Part shown: one piece after another, positions 36,301-49,200 of the stretch
Position numbering within the stretch: position 1 is the first letter of the stretch
Layout of the letters: every line of letters starts with the position of its first letter
Position numbers and translations under genes: made by a program
Assembly: GCA_008632985.1 (NCBI GenBank)
Contig: QPGO01000212.1
Coordinates: 62,001 to 117,876 of the forward strand
Origin: Psammoneis japonica
Lineage: Eukaryota
Direction of reading: 5' to 3'
Length of the DNA: 55,876 bases
The notes under the pieces: model-generated
Databases searched by the model: none
Told to the model about the DNA's origin: nothing
The model's input: only the letters and a program-made list of their open reading frames with translations

Positions 36301-39100
36301 ACCACTGTGCAAGTAAAGCAGGAGACTCAGTGTCAACCATAAAGTCCACATTGAAATCTCCGAAGAGGATTGCCTTGTGATTTTGGTCCACGAGAAAATC
36401 CTGGAGCAACCAAGATAAATCCAAGCAGAATGCTTTCTGAGGATCAGTGTTTTGATGGCCTTGTTGGTGCAATGATGATGCCTGCTGGGCATGTGCAGCA
36501 GTCCTGCCGGGAGTCTTTTGGTTCTTTGAACAAAGATGGTGGCACGACACAAACATGACTTGCAATCTGTTTTGTCTGTCATAAACTTGGATGGACCAGC
36601 AACCCAGGGTCAGATCCCTGACTCCAACATCTGTCAGAGATTGAGTTTCCCGAGAAAAGAGCTGTGCCTCCTGGCTTGTGTCGAGTGGTGAAAGGAGCAG
36701 AGCTGCATGAGAATGTGCTGCGACCATGACTTGTTGAGTTTTGAATGGCTGACCGACAAGTTGACAGAATGTCACACTGAGTGGTGTCCAGGCACACTTC
36801 TGAAATTCCAACTGCATCAGCTTGAATCTTGTTGGCAATCTGGCAATGGCCCAGAATGTCTCTGCCTCTTTTGTCAAATTTGCACCCATTTGCGTTGAAG
36901 GCATGCAGTCTCATGTGATGAGGAAGCTTTGGTTGGAGATCATCACCGATTGACTCGTTTGTTTGCAGGTGAGAGAAATCAACAATGCGACGTTCCACAG
37001 AGGGGCTGCAGCTTCCACCATCTAAAAGTGACTGCCAGGCTTGTGCAGAAGAGTCACAGCAAACATCACTGCTCATGAGTGGGTCATGCTCCTCCAAGAA
37101 GAAGACTGGGGCTCAGAGCAATGCACAGAGTTGAGTGCAGGGAGAGGGACAAACTGCAGGGACGAGAAGGACAAATTGTCAGCACCAAGAGGTGTGTGGC
37201 AAAAGACATGGGCAAGAGCAAGGGAAGTGGTGCCATGTGGAAGAACATCCAGAGGATGCCTGATTGTTTGTGGGGGTGGAGGTGGCAAAGTCCAACCCCT
37301 TTTCAAAAATCCTTCTCCTTGTCACAAAGATCTCTGGAGTGATCTGGCATTTCCATGTTGTTTGGGCATTTTCCCGCAGAGCTCTGTGCAGTTTGACTTG
37401 CCTGCAGCAGTTGGACAATTTGATTCATTTGTGCCTGCATGCCTGCCAGTTGCTGGGTGGGCTGTGACTGCAAGGCTGCCATGTCTTGGGTGTGTTGTTT
37501 GGCAAACACAGAGCTCAATGCCTCCATGTCCTGGGAGTGCTGTTGGCAGAGCTCTTCCAAAGCCTTGTCATTTTTCTCTTGCATCTTGGACACTTTTGCC
37601 ATTTGTGTCAAGCAAGGGAGGAGCTTGAGGTGGACTGTGCAGCTTGAGCACAGGAATGTTGGGGTGTTTTTCACCACTGCGTGTGGCAGAAATTGCAAAG
37701 TGACATTCGTGCTGTGGAGACGACACCCAATTGGTCACGTTGACATTCGTGATTTGGTTGTTGTGGTTGTCAAGGATCTTAACATCCTTGTGGTGAGTGA
37801 AGAGAATCTGCTGCAGGACTTGCAAAGAGTGGTGACAAGGGTCATGGGCTCACACAATGCCTCTGGGCCATGAACATCAAAACGGATGGTGATCTCTTCA
37901 AAATGATGCTCTTTTGGCTTGGAAGCAGGCTTGAGGGATGAGTCATCCACAGTGACATCGTCTGCCACAGTGGAATTGTTGGGAGGAGCAGGGGTGTGGC
38001 TGCCGTCAGTGACGGAAGAAGACGCCATGGTGGTTGGCTGTTCTGTGGAGGACCTGGCATTGAAAACATGCAGGCAGGTTCAATGCAAATGTGCACAGAA
38101 TTGTGCAGCAAGAACACAACAGATGAGCAGCACTTTGAAAAGTGCTGGAAGCTTCAAGTTGATTGATGCCATTGCTGCATTGTTGGTGCTTGTTGCGGAT
38201 GATAGATCATGACAGGCTTGGACACTTGGGCACACATTTGGAGAGGCTCCCAATGCTGTGATTGGTGCCTGACTGGTGTGTTGTTGATGTGCGGACATTG
38301 TTCCACCAATTCTGGCATGCCCTCCTCATCATTGTTGTCATTGCTGCACTTGTCAATGTCATGCTGGTTGTTGCAACACTTGTTGCTGTCACACTCAGCT
38401 TTTTCCACCTCCATTTGCTCAGCTGAGAGAAATTTTTTAGACTGAAGAACAGGGGCACACATTGCAATGGAGAAGTGTCTTGCTCCACGAGTGCCTCTTG
38501 TCTGGGTTAAAAGTTAACATGTGGAGTGTCTCCACCCAAACATCTCCTTTTTCACCAATGCCTCTGCAGCAACACATGCCAAGCTCAAATTGTGTCTCCC
38601 TGCAGCTGAGATTGCCACAGCTGCAGAAGCAATTGTCCATCATTTTTGATTTGGCTTGTTGGATGAAATGTTGGTGATGGTGTCAGCTTCTTGCTTCTGT
38701 TTGTCCAGTGGCACAGTTTTTCCATCCCAGCCCCCCATTGCAACCAAATGCCCACCTTGATCAACCAACAGCATGCAGATGCAAAGTTCAGCACACTTTT
38801 GGGAGCCTGGAATGGGGTGAATGTTGGCCACTTGGCCAATCACTGAATGAATGTTGACTCTCGCACTTGCCCGTGTGACAAAGTTGCTCCATGAAAAGTC
38901 AGCTCCACTTTGAAATGCCAGATGCCATGAACAATGCACCTGTTCATTCTTGCAAGACATTGGTTCAAAGAGCACACACCTTGTGTGCTTTGTGGCTCCA
39001 GCTGGAACATCCCAGAAATGACCTCAAACAGCCATTTTGTCATTTAAAAAGGAGTCATTCTGTGAAAATGCTTTGAACAAAAGTCATTTTTAATGGATCA
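33360..39100 (-). mobile_element. Heavily decayed non-LTR (LINE) retrotransposon with APE endonuclease and RT, possibly Ambal-like
   Basis: RT remnants GTGQGSGNSP (~34420-34448), CIDDTS, LELPKCSF, HKTLG. APE remnants FNANG, VGISE, ILFGDFN (~36350-36370). Many stops and frameshifts; strong CpG and TpA depletion. Boundaries approximate. Confidence 0.7.
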
Positions 39101-39390
39101 CAAAGCACTTGATTGGTCATGGAAACAAGCGTTGGGCATGGCGAATTTGTCCAACTGATGACTTCAGTTGAAGTTTAAGAACAACCAATTGGAGAAACAG
39201 AACATCTCGTTCTTAGCGCCAGTCAGAAATTGACACCATGTGAGGTGTCAAAATCAATTCCAACACCATGTGTGGTGTCAAAATTTTTGTTTTAATGACA
39301 TCATCTGCAAAAGTGCCTCATGAGCCCCAAATGACCATGTGGATGAATTCTGCACACTTGCATTTTCACACTTTGTTTGTGTTCCAGTCA

Positions 39391-39552
39391 AACAAATCTC
39401 GATGCAACACAAGGACAAGTGCAACACCTTAAGCCTGAGAGAAAGCAAAGATGCTGTCAATGTGAACCTAAACCTGATTAGATTGTGGGGGAGAATGATC
39501 ATCACCACGTGTGTCTTCCCCTGACCAGGGACAGACCACTCCATCCAAATTC
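39391..39552 (-). repeat. Copia 3' LTR
   Basis: Aligns without gaps to 44477-44638. Confidence 0.9.
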
Positions 39553-39847
39553 CTTGGGTCCCCACAAAACGGCAACGACAGTGCCGATTCGTCCAAAACA
39601 AGTGACATCCTCTCACAAAGAGGCAAACCACAAAACCCAAATTAGACCGCCAGCCGAGCTGGCTTGGGAGGCCGGAGCACGTGGACGCAAGTCACAAGTG
39701 CCCGGCCCTGGTGTCAGGACCCCACCAAAAGATGCAAGAACACAGTTTCCAACGCTGCTCTCCCATGACCATTTTCGCAAGTAGATCTGCCAAGTTCATT
39801 TCTGCATCCTCCTTTCCAACACGAATGACACCCGCTGCAACTGCCTC

Positions 39848-41998
39848 TCACACCACATGACAGTTGATGGCATTGTGCTTCTTGTGCAAAACCGATTCAG
39901 GAACACTCACATTCTTCACAACACCACGATTGTCATAAAAGACACTTGCTGGTCCTTTGAGTGGTGCTCCGAACATCCGCAACTTGTGTTGTAGAGCAAC
40001 AATCAATTCCTTGCAAATCCGCATCGCGACCAACTCACTCCCAAACGTCGCTGACTCGACTGTGTTCTGCCGCTTGCTGAACCACATGATCAGTGCATTG
40101 TTGACAAATGTCAAGATTCCACTGTGAGACCTGCAAGTTACAACATTGCCTGCATGGCCAGCATCAACAAAGGCACAGATGTTTGCCAGGTTGCCACAAG
40201 GCTTTGGTGCTTGCGGCGGCAGTTCCTCTTCAACGTCCCCGCAAAACTCAGTCCAATCAGCATTCAAATTGAAAATGTGCTCATCAATCACTGGCTCCTT
40301 TGGATTGAACCCAATGCGTCCAACATTCTGATGCTTCTTCACATGTGCAAACACATGATGCAATGCTTCAAGGTGCCCCTTCCTTGGATTAGCTTGATGC
40401 TGGGACAGAATTGAGACTTCATGCAAGATGTCAATGTGGCCCAACTCGATTGCCCAGCGGCAAATTCCCATCAACTGCAAGTGCCTGTCCACTAAATCCA
40501 GGCCCACCTTGTCAGTTACATCCAGCTCTGGTTTGCACCTTGGGGGCAAAGGATCCTTCACGCCATTCTTCAAAACTTCTCCATTCCCATCCTCATCCAA
40601 GAGACCTTCTGCGGTCTTCATCGCCATCTTGACGTGTGCTCTTGGGGAGCTCGCCCAAATTGTGCAACCATCCTCGGTTTGGACCTTTTCGACGTTAGCT
40701 CCAAGGTGGACCTCTGGTTCTCCTTCACTGCCAGGCTTCACGGTAAAGTGCTCACCTGTGGCAGCAACAACAGACTTTCCCTGATGGGAGATGATTGGAA
40801 TGTCGTTGACACAAACCAAAAGCATCTCACAATGCTCGTGCCCATCCTCTTGGGTTGCTGCACACAGATGAACGCCAGGGTCCACTCTCATTGATTCAAA
40901 GCCCAAGTTGTGTGAGACTGATGCCAATGCGGACCTCCAAGAGCATCCCAAGCTCTTCAGACCGCACAATGCCCGAGTGACAACAAGCACCTTTCCTTGG
41001 CATTTGCCACACTCCTTGCCACCTTCGAACCATGTCTTCTCTGCACACGGTGCGTTCAAGTGTGCATTCTCCAGATCCATTGCCATGATGTCGACTCCAT
41101 TCAAAGCTGCCAGCAGAAACCCCAGACGTGTGCTGTCTCTAGAAATGATGCTTGAGCATGTGATCAATGATGGAGCCTCTGTTGTGTGACCTCCTGCCAC
41201 GAATCTTGCCTTCCTGGTAAAGTCCATCTTGACATCAAATGCCAGGTGGCACCTGATCTCCTGATGGCCACGCAGAGTTGCACTCTTTCCTTCCCGCACT
41301 GCCTGTGGGGTCTCAGCCTCATGCTTGCGCCATGCCACCTTTACCTTTTCCATCTCCCATGACAAACTGCCATCTTTCCAGCTGACCAGCAGCTTCCAAC
41401 CCTTGGCAGCAATCCTCTTCTTCTCCTTCCTGTCAGTGGCACACATGATTCCATCAGAGATTGGTGCAGCATTGCCCGTCTTGTTGTGATTCTGCATCTC
41501 ATGCAAGACAGAGCATTGGTTGCCTTCACTGTTGACCTGAGCAAACACATTCTCAGCAACCACATTGGCCGCACACTTGTCTGTGGTGCCGTCGGTGCAC
41601 TCCACTTCACACTCAAGAGTGTCAAACAATGGGTTTTGGTGTTGAGTTCCAATTGGACGCCCATCCTGTCCTCTTGCTCGTTTTGTCATGACACCTCGCC
41701 TCTCACCGTCGGTTCCAACATCAAACATAAGTTCCACACCCAAGCATTGATCTGTCGCTTGTTCGTCATCATCCTCTGGCCATTTGTCTGACAACAACAT
41801 GTCCCCGGCAAGCCCATGTTGACTTCTGTTGGGTTCCATGCATTGCCGGTCAAGAGCACAACCGGTGAGTTCTGCTCCTCCCATTCTGTTGGAGAACACA
41901 AGATTTGAAAGATGCAACTGTCCCCTTTGCAGTGAAAGGGATGAAAGCCTCATCAGCTTCAATGCCAAAACCGTTTCGAGCATTGTAAGGGTTGTCAT
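39848..41998 (-). pseudogene. Copia pol (RT-RNaseH), Tyr almost eliminated
   Basis: Copia RT/RNaseH motifs present; one Tyr counted in 716 aa. Confidence 0.9.
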
Positions 41999-44474
41999 GT
42001 GCAGGCATGTTGTGCGCCCACAACTGATTAAGGTTCAAGAGTGAATGTTCCATGTCCATTCCAAACCAAAGCATCTGATTGCCAACCAGCAGATGCTCGC
42101 GAGTTGTTTCCAGATCCGTCCATGCAGCGCAACAATGTGCCACGGGAGCCTGTTTAATCGGCTCACATGAGTCTAAAAATGGGTGAACTTCACACACTTC
42201 ATTTGTTGGCTCCATGAGTTTCCAATTTGCTCTGGCACAACATGCATCCATGTGAGCATCACATTCATTCAGAGCAACAAAATTGGGTGTCGTCAAATTT
42301 GTCATTGGGGTGGAGCTTGTCAATCAAATCACATGTTTTGATGTCACAGCAATGCACCTCATTGTTGCCGTTTCATTCAATTGATAAGATGGGTGGGGTT
42401 TGGGTGGCAGGAACAAGAACAATGCAACCAAAACATGCAAGCACACCACATGCGCCAAGATTCCAGTTGCTGCAACCACCCCCAGCAGGCAAGTGGAACT
42501 GTGACAAGCTCCACGACCGAAAGCATGACCGTTGCATCTGCCACAATCACGGTCAGCACCGCAACCATGACCGCTCACTTCATTCTGCACTTGTCTGTTC
42601 TGTGCACCTTGGCCCTCTTGATGGATCTGGGCTTCGGCTGCATGCCTGCTGCCCCTGTCACATCTGCACCATCCTGCTGAAGAACCACGACCACCACCAC
42701 ATCCTCCTTGTCCCGCTTGTTTGCAAGCTTGGAAAACACAGTCAACCCCTCCATTGAAATGGAGTTTGTCCCATTCCTGGGGGGAAAAACTTCTTGTGGG
42801 GTCAGACACATTGACCCCATTGATCTTGGTGGTGTGGTTGCCACCTCCACCTTGGCCTTGATGTCTGCCGCATCCTCCGCCGTGACCAAATCTACCTCCG
42901 TGACCACGGCCCCTTTGGAAACCTTGACCGCTGCCACCACCATGGCTCAATTTGGAAATTTTTCATTTTGTGCAATGTCGGGCTTCTAACTGAGCACCTG
43001 TGTGCAAACAAGAGACTTTGGATGAGAAGAAAGCACATGCCCCTGTGAAGTCTTGAGGGTGCTGACTGCTGACAACAGTCGTTGCTGCAATGAGATGAGG
43101 GTCATTGGACCGGATTCCTTTCAAAAGGATCTCCACCTTCTGCTGTTCTGACTTGCGATCATCCGGGGTTTGTGCAAAGTGGCAAATGTGCTGGCAAGCT
43201 TTTCATTGAACTTTTCAAATGGGAGTGACCCTTCCTTCTTGTAAAACAGCGATTCAACAGTGGCCGTCACCAAGTGGATGCACTTGCCAAGCTTGCCCTG
43301 TCCATTGCAATGGTTGACCCATGCATTGAATGCTCCATGCCCATTCTCTGTTTTGTTGAATGGTTCAATTCAAGCCCATCCAGCAGTGTCAATCAAGCAT
43401 TCTTTCAACATGCGAAACATGCTGTGATTGTCCTCGTCAAATGCACTGCCATTCAATGGCAACTGATGCATGCACTCCTGTTGAGCATCCGTAAACTCGG
43501 CTGGCACTGGCATGGTCCTCACCACATGTCAAAGTGGCTCTTTCAATGTGCCAAACTTCTGTGCCAAAAGATTCAAGAAGCGTCTTCACAGACATCAAAG
43601 TCCTCGGACTTAAATTTGACAAGACTGCTTGCCAATGCGTCCGACTCTGTACATTCCTTTTTGACACATTGACCGTTTTGAGCCGCAGCCATGGCTGCTG
43701 CATTAAAGTCCACCGCAATGAGTGCTTGGTTCCTTTTCATGCAATCCTGGCACCACCACACTGGTGACTGTAAGTTCTTGATTTGAACAGTGCCAAGAAT
43801 CACATGGCCATCTTCCACAGCACGACGAGCCACCCTTTGCGCCAAGTCTTCAACATCATGGTCGTTCTCCATGACAGCAATGTTTTCCAGGGTCACAAAC
43901 CCTTCACAGAAAACCAACCTTGCCCTTGCATTCTGGTCAACAACACCACAAACCTGTGATGCTGTGTCTGCGTCAGCTGTTGTGGCCAGAGCCACAAGTG
44001 CCGATGCTGGTGCTGCTGCCGCTGCCATCCCACAATGAAGAAAATGTGAATGTCCCATGTGGGGGAGCATGCAGCTGTGAGTCTGCATGGTCATGGAGGC
44101 TGCACTTTTCCGGTGTTGTGACAATGGGTTCACACAGCCACCCGACATCAGGATGATCAGTCCTGTGTCATTTGATTCGTTGAGCATGCACTCAGGCGTG
44201 TCACCCAATGCCGCAGTCCCTTCACACCCATTGCAAATGTGAAGACAGTGACTGTCTTTGTGAGCATTTTCCATTGCAAGCTGTTCTGTGGATTGCACAG
44301 GCAACACAAGATGCATCTTTGTGTGCATCAATCCGAGCTCCAATGCAACGCGTGCGGTTCAGCACCAATTCTACAGCTGCAGGTTCCATGCAAACAACAC
44401 AATGAACAACCGTTCATGACAAATTGTTTTCACAGCCGTTTTCGACCAGCGTTTCACTGATGGCTGTGACAAAG

Positions 44475-44639
44475 TGAATAAATCTCGATGCAATGCAAGG
44501 ACAAGTGCAGTGCCTTGAGCCTGATAGAAAGTAAAGATGCCATCAACGTGAACCCAAACCTGATTGGATTGTGGGAGAGAACAATCATCACCACGTGTGT
44601 CTGCCCCTGACCGGGGACAGACCACTCCATCCAAACTCA
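44475..44639 (-). repeat. Copia 5' LTR (TG...CA on the minus strand)
   Basis: Minus strand begins TGAGTTTGG and ends TTTATTCA; aligns to 39391-39552. Confidence 0.9.
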
Positions 44640-45900
44640 TTTGCAGCAACATCTGGTTGTGCCACAGTGGCATTTGAAAGTGTGCGTTTTTGCTCAAAAT
44701 TCCCATGCAAACTGCCTCCACCATGGCATCTCATCCAGCATCCCCCCCATTGCCAGAATGTTCCCTCCAATGACCCACATCACCTGTGAACGTGCACAGA
44801 GACGAGACGGACATTGGCAAGAGTGACAAGCTGCAGAGCTCCCTGCAAACCAGCAACAGTGGATGACACGTGTGCCAGCAAGAAAGAGTGTCAGAAGCAG
44901 TTTTCAGAGAGATCTGCTCATCTGTCTGGGTCTGACCATCATCCATGCACTCGGCATGCTGACACAGAGAGATCTGCTCATCTGCCTGGGGGTCTGACCA
45001 TCATCCATGCACTCAGCATGCTGACACCATCCCCTGATCTGCAATGTCTTGCAAGACAATGCAGGTCACAAAGAAAGAAGAAATGCAAAAGCACACCACA
45101 CCCAACATGAAAACAACCTTGCCAATGGAAAGGTGCTGTGGCAAAACGGGCGATGCAAGAAACGGCCAAGCTTGCAATGCACAAAGAATTCACAAAGGAC
45201 AACAATGTCTTCACAAAGTCTCTGATGGCAGAGCAGGGCATGTGCACTGATCTGTTGAAGCCTTTGACAAAAAAGTCAATGGCAGTTTCCAACAAATCTT
45301 GCAGGTCAATCGAGTGTTGAGCCAAAGAACAGCTCTGTCAATCAACAAGCAACAAAAAAAGAACAAGGGATGCTCTGGCAAGTCACAATGTTGCTGATTC
45401 TCATCTGGCAAAATGGGGCTGGATGGAAATTCACCATGGCATGTGATGCATCAAAAAGGAAGTGACAGCAGCCCATCAGACAAAACAGCACTTCTGCCAC
45501 ATTTTGTTTTGCGTCTCCATGTGCGCCGCTCTGCAGCACGATGGAATCTGAAATCGTTTCACAGAGCTTCTTGCACATCTGGCTGAAGGGAGATGAACAA
45601 TGTTGGGTGGACTGAGTTGAGGATTTTCTTCTGGCTTATGCTGCTGGATTGTCTCAACTGCTGCTGCCTCTGCTGCGGAAATGACGACGATCGCCGCTTC
45701 CCCAGTGCTTCGAGGCCAAACTCATCTGCCATGATCACACTGGGAAAAAAAGACCAAATCACCGCCAGAAGCAAGTGTTGCAGTGGAGACTGCTGAGGCA
45801 GATGCAGCAGCACAACAAAAACAACAACTGCGACAATGACACAATGACAACAGCAGACTCAGACACCGCCATGTTCTACACACATGCATGCAGAAAACAT
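44640..45900. mobile_element. Unclassified TpA/CpG-depleted TE remnant with a ~59-bp tandem duplication (44906-45026)
   Basis: cagagagatctgctcatctg...tctgaccatcatccatgcactc.gcatgctgaca occurs twice; composition matches the neighbouring TEs. Confidence 0.4.
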
Positions 45901-46204
45901 TTCATTTCCCTCCACGTTGAACTTTGCGAGCGAAGACGATCGCACGATGGACAGAAATTTCGCGCTCATGACCTGTTTCGTAGAATCCTATCCAATTTTC
46001 ACATGCGTGATTTTTCTACCAGAGTTCTACAGACAATTTTTGGCGCGAAACTAAATAAACAGCTTCAGTGACGTAGAATAACATAACAACTACAAAGATG
46101 AGAGGCGCACCCAGCACACACAAACAACGCGTTGCATCTCTCACTTGACGACTCTGTTGCAATCGCTTCTCTCTTGACAACAACAACAATAAAACCAAAA
46201 CGCC

Positions 46205-49200
46205 ATGAGTCGCCGTGTCTTTGGACAAGCCATGAAGGGCGGTCCATCCAAGTACCAGCGTCAAATGGGACACGGACATTCCAAACGAGAGGCAGAAAAG
46301 AACGAGCAAGAACTGGAAGCTCAACGCCGTGCCGAGTATCGTCGTAAACGCTATGCTCAAGGTGAAGCCATTGACGTCAAGTTTGGGTATGAACGATACA
46401 ATCACACTACTTCCACGGAACCGAGTCGTCGTGGATGGCTATTCAACATGTTGCCGACGGTAAGTCAATAACACTATGCATATATGAATTATGGGAATCA
46501 AAATAGAGCTCATACTGTATGTTTCTTATACGCTTGTTATTTATCCACAGACAATTGCGTCGGGTGCTTCTGGTGGCAGTGGAGGAGATGATGGCTCTCC
46601 GGCTGGTCCAGAACGTGCCGGATTGGACTTGTATTTTCGTACCGAGTCGGGTTCAACCTTTAAAAGCTCCGTGCTGTACGATCCGTACTTTTATGTCATT
46701 CCCGCTGTTACCGGAGACGATTATGCGGTACAATTTGAAGCGCTCATTTCGATTCTCTTGAGAAAATACGAAGCTTACGGTCTCTCCAAGGTGGATGTAG
46801 TTCCCATGTTGGATCTAGATCAGCCCAACCATTTGGATCCAAAACTGCGTCACGGACGGCCCATGCTCAAGCTGGTCTTTAGCAATGTCCAGCAACTCAT
46901 GGAAGTCCGCAAGCCTCTCAAGGAATTGATTCAAAACAATCAGAAACTTCAACAAGAACGAGCCATGCGTTTTGATGCAATCGAAGCTGTATCCCAAAAC
47001 ATCTTGGACACCTTGGTGGACATTCGAGAGTACGACGTGCCCTATTTGGTGCGCGTTTGTACCGACTTGAACATTCGCGCCGGGGCGTGGTACACGGTGA
47101 CGCCCAATCCACACGACACGGGCGTCACCTTGAGTGATCAAGATGTCGAAACCAAGGCCAATCCATCCTTTTTGGCTTTTGACATTGAGTGTACCAAGGC
47201 GCCGCTCAAGTTTCCCGATGCGGCCGTCGATTCCATCTTTATGATATCCTACATGGTCAATGGACGAGGCTATCTGGTTTTGTCTCGCAGTGTCGTGTCA
47301 CAGGATGTGACTGACTTTGAGTACACGCCCAAACCGTCCTATCCCGGGCCCTTTACCATTTTCAACGAAGAGTCGGAAGAAGCCCTCTTGAAACGATTCT
47401 TTGCCGAATACCAAAAGCACAGTCCGCAAATTGTCGTGACGTATAACGGAGACTTTTTCGATTGGCCCTTTGTGGAAAAGCGCGCTGCCTTGTATGGACT
47501 GGATATCTACAGTGAAATGGGAGTGGAGCGTATTGGAGATGGCGAATACCGGGGAGATGCAGTGTTCACTTGGATGCGTTTCATGGGTGCAACGGGATTC
47601 CTACTGCCACAGGGTGCCCAAGGTCTCAAGGCGGTGACAAAAAGTACAAGCTTGGATATGATCCAGTCGAGGTGGACCCGGAAGATATGGTGCGATTTGC
47701 GCAAGAACGACCGGTCCACATGGCGACCTATTCTGTGTCGGACGCTGTGGCGACCTTTTATCTCTACGAAAAGTATGTTCACATGTTTATCTTTTCCTTT
47801 GCACCATATTCCCATGGGACCCGAAGATGTCTTGCGTAAGGGGAGTGGCACTCTGTGTGAAACATTACTCATGGTTCAAGCGGCAAACAAGAATATCATT
47901 TGTCCCAATAAGCAAGTTGACGCCTTGGCCAAGTTTCACAATGGGCATTTACTGGAAGGTGAAACGTATATCGGTGGCAAGGTGGAGTGTCTCGAGACGG
48001 GTGTCTACCGTTCGGACGTGGAGTACAAGTTTGATTTGAAACCGAGCGCGTTTCAGGGTTTGATTGACAATGTTGATCGGGATCTACCTTTGCTATTGAA
48101 GTGGAGGGTGGAATGGATCGGACCGAGATTTGCAACTATGATGAGGTAAGCTCATGTTGATTATTGTTTTCTAGTTTTAGTATTGCACTCACGTTATTTT
48201 TCTTTTCTTTTTCTATCAGATTCGTTGTCAGATTGTCGAGCAGCTCGAGATGCTTCGCGACCGACCCAATCGGGTGAGAAGCCATATGTTTACCATTTGG
48301 ACGTTGGTGCCATGTACCCAAACATTATTCTAACCAACCGCCTACAACCGGGAGCCATTGTGGACGACGCTACCTGTGCTTCGTGTACCTTTAATCAATC
48401 CAAGAATGACTGCAAACGCAAGATGGACTGGGTATGGCGTGGTGACTACAGCCCTGCCACCAAGAATGAGTACGACCGTACCAAAGACCAGCTCTCTCGC
48501 GAGACCTTTCCGATGGCAGACATTTTCATGAGTTGGACGACAAGGAGAAGGCCGGGTTGGTTGCCAGCCGTCTCAAGACCTACGCACGGAATGCTTATAA
48601 GAAAACCAAGGTGACAGAGGAAGTGACCCGCACCGACACGGTCTGCATGCGAGACAATGACTTTTATGTGGATACGGTGGCAGTTTCGTGATCGTCGTTA
48701 CGAGTACAAGAAAATGACCAAGACTTGGAAAAAGCAAGTTGGCAAGGCGACGGACCCATCGTCGAAAAAGGAGGCCGAGGACAAGGCTTTGGTGTACGAC
48801 TCGCTTCAAGTCGCCCACAAGTGTATCCTCAACAGTTTCTACGGATATGTCATGAGGAAGGGAGCGCGCTGGCGTTCCATGGAGATGGCTGGCATTGTCA
48901 CAAAGTTTGGCGCTGACTTGATTACGCAAGCTCGAGTGTTGGTGGAACAGATTGGTAGGCCGTTGGAGCTCGACACTGACGGTATTTGGTGCATCCTACC
49001 AAAGAGCTTTCCAGACGTGTACAACTTCAAGACGGTGGACGGGTCCACCTTCAAACTTGAGTATCCGTGTGTCATGCTGAATGCTGACGTGCACGACAAC
49101 TTTACAAACCATCAGTATCAAACCCTCAAGGATCCGGAGCGCGGTATTTACGAGAGCAGAAGCGAATGCTCCATTTTCTTTGAAGTTGACGGCCCTATCG

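Larger units (their letters stand above)
39391..44639 (-). mobile_element. Ty1/copia LTR retrotransposon (diatom CoDi-like) with integrase apparently deleted
   Basis: Two ~165-bp LTRs; gag remnants at 43000-44000; protease remnant ECDAHMDACC; RT CHLAFDVKMDFTRKARFVAGGHTT, ALCGLK, LVCVNDI; RNase H FVDAGHAG, KRQNTVESATFGSE, KKHNAINCH. Confidence 0.9.

Noticed and set aside
39391..44639. ADAR- or APOBEC-type editing during retrotransposition
   Set aside because: That would be strand-biased and limited to retroelements. Here both strands, each LTR separately, and DNA transposons are affected.
12100..45900. Alternative genetic code (TGY/CAY read as Tyr)
   Set aside because: Adjacent host genes use TAY for conserved Tyr, and non-coding repeats show the same TA changes.
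33360..45900. Classical fungal RIP or CpG decay alone
   Set aside because: RIP raises TpA, and CpG decay cannot turn TAY into TGY/CAY. CpG decay is present as a second signal, and CA/TG doublets alone are ambiguous.
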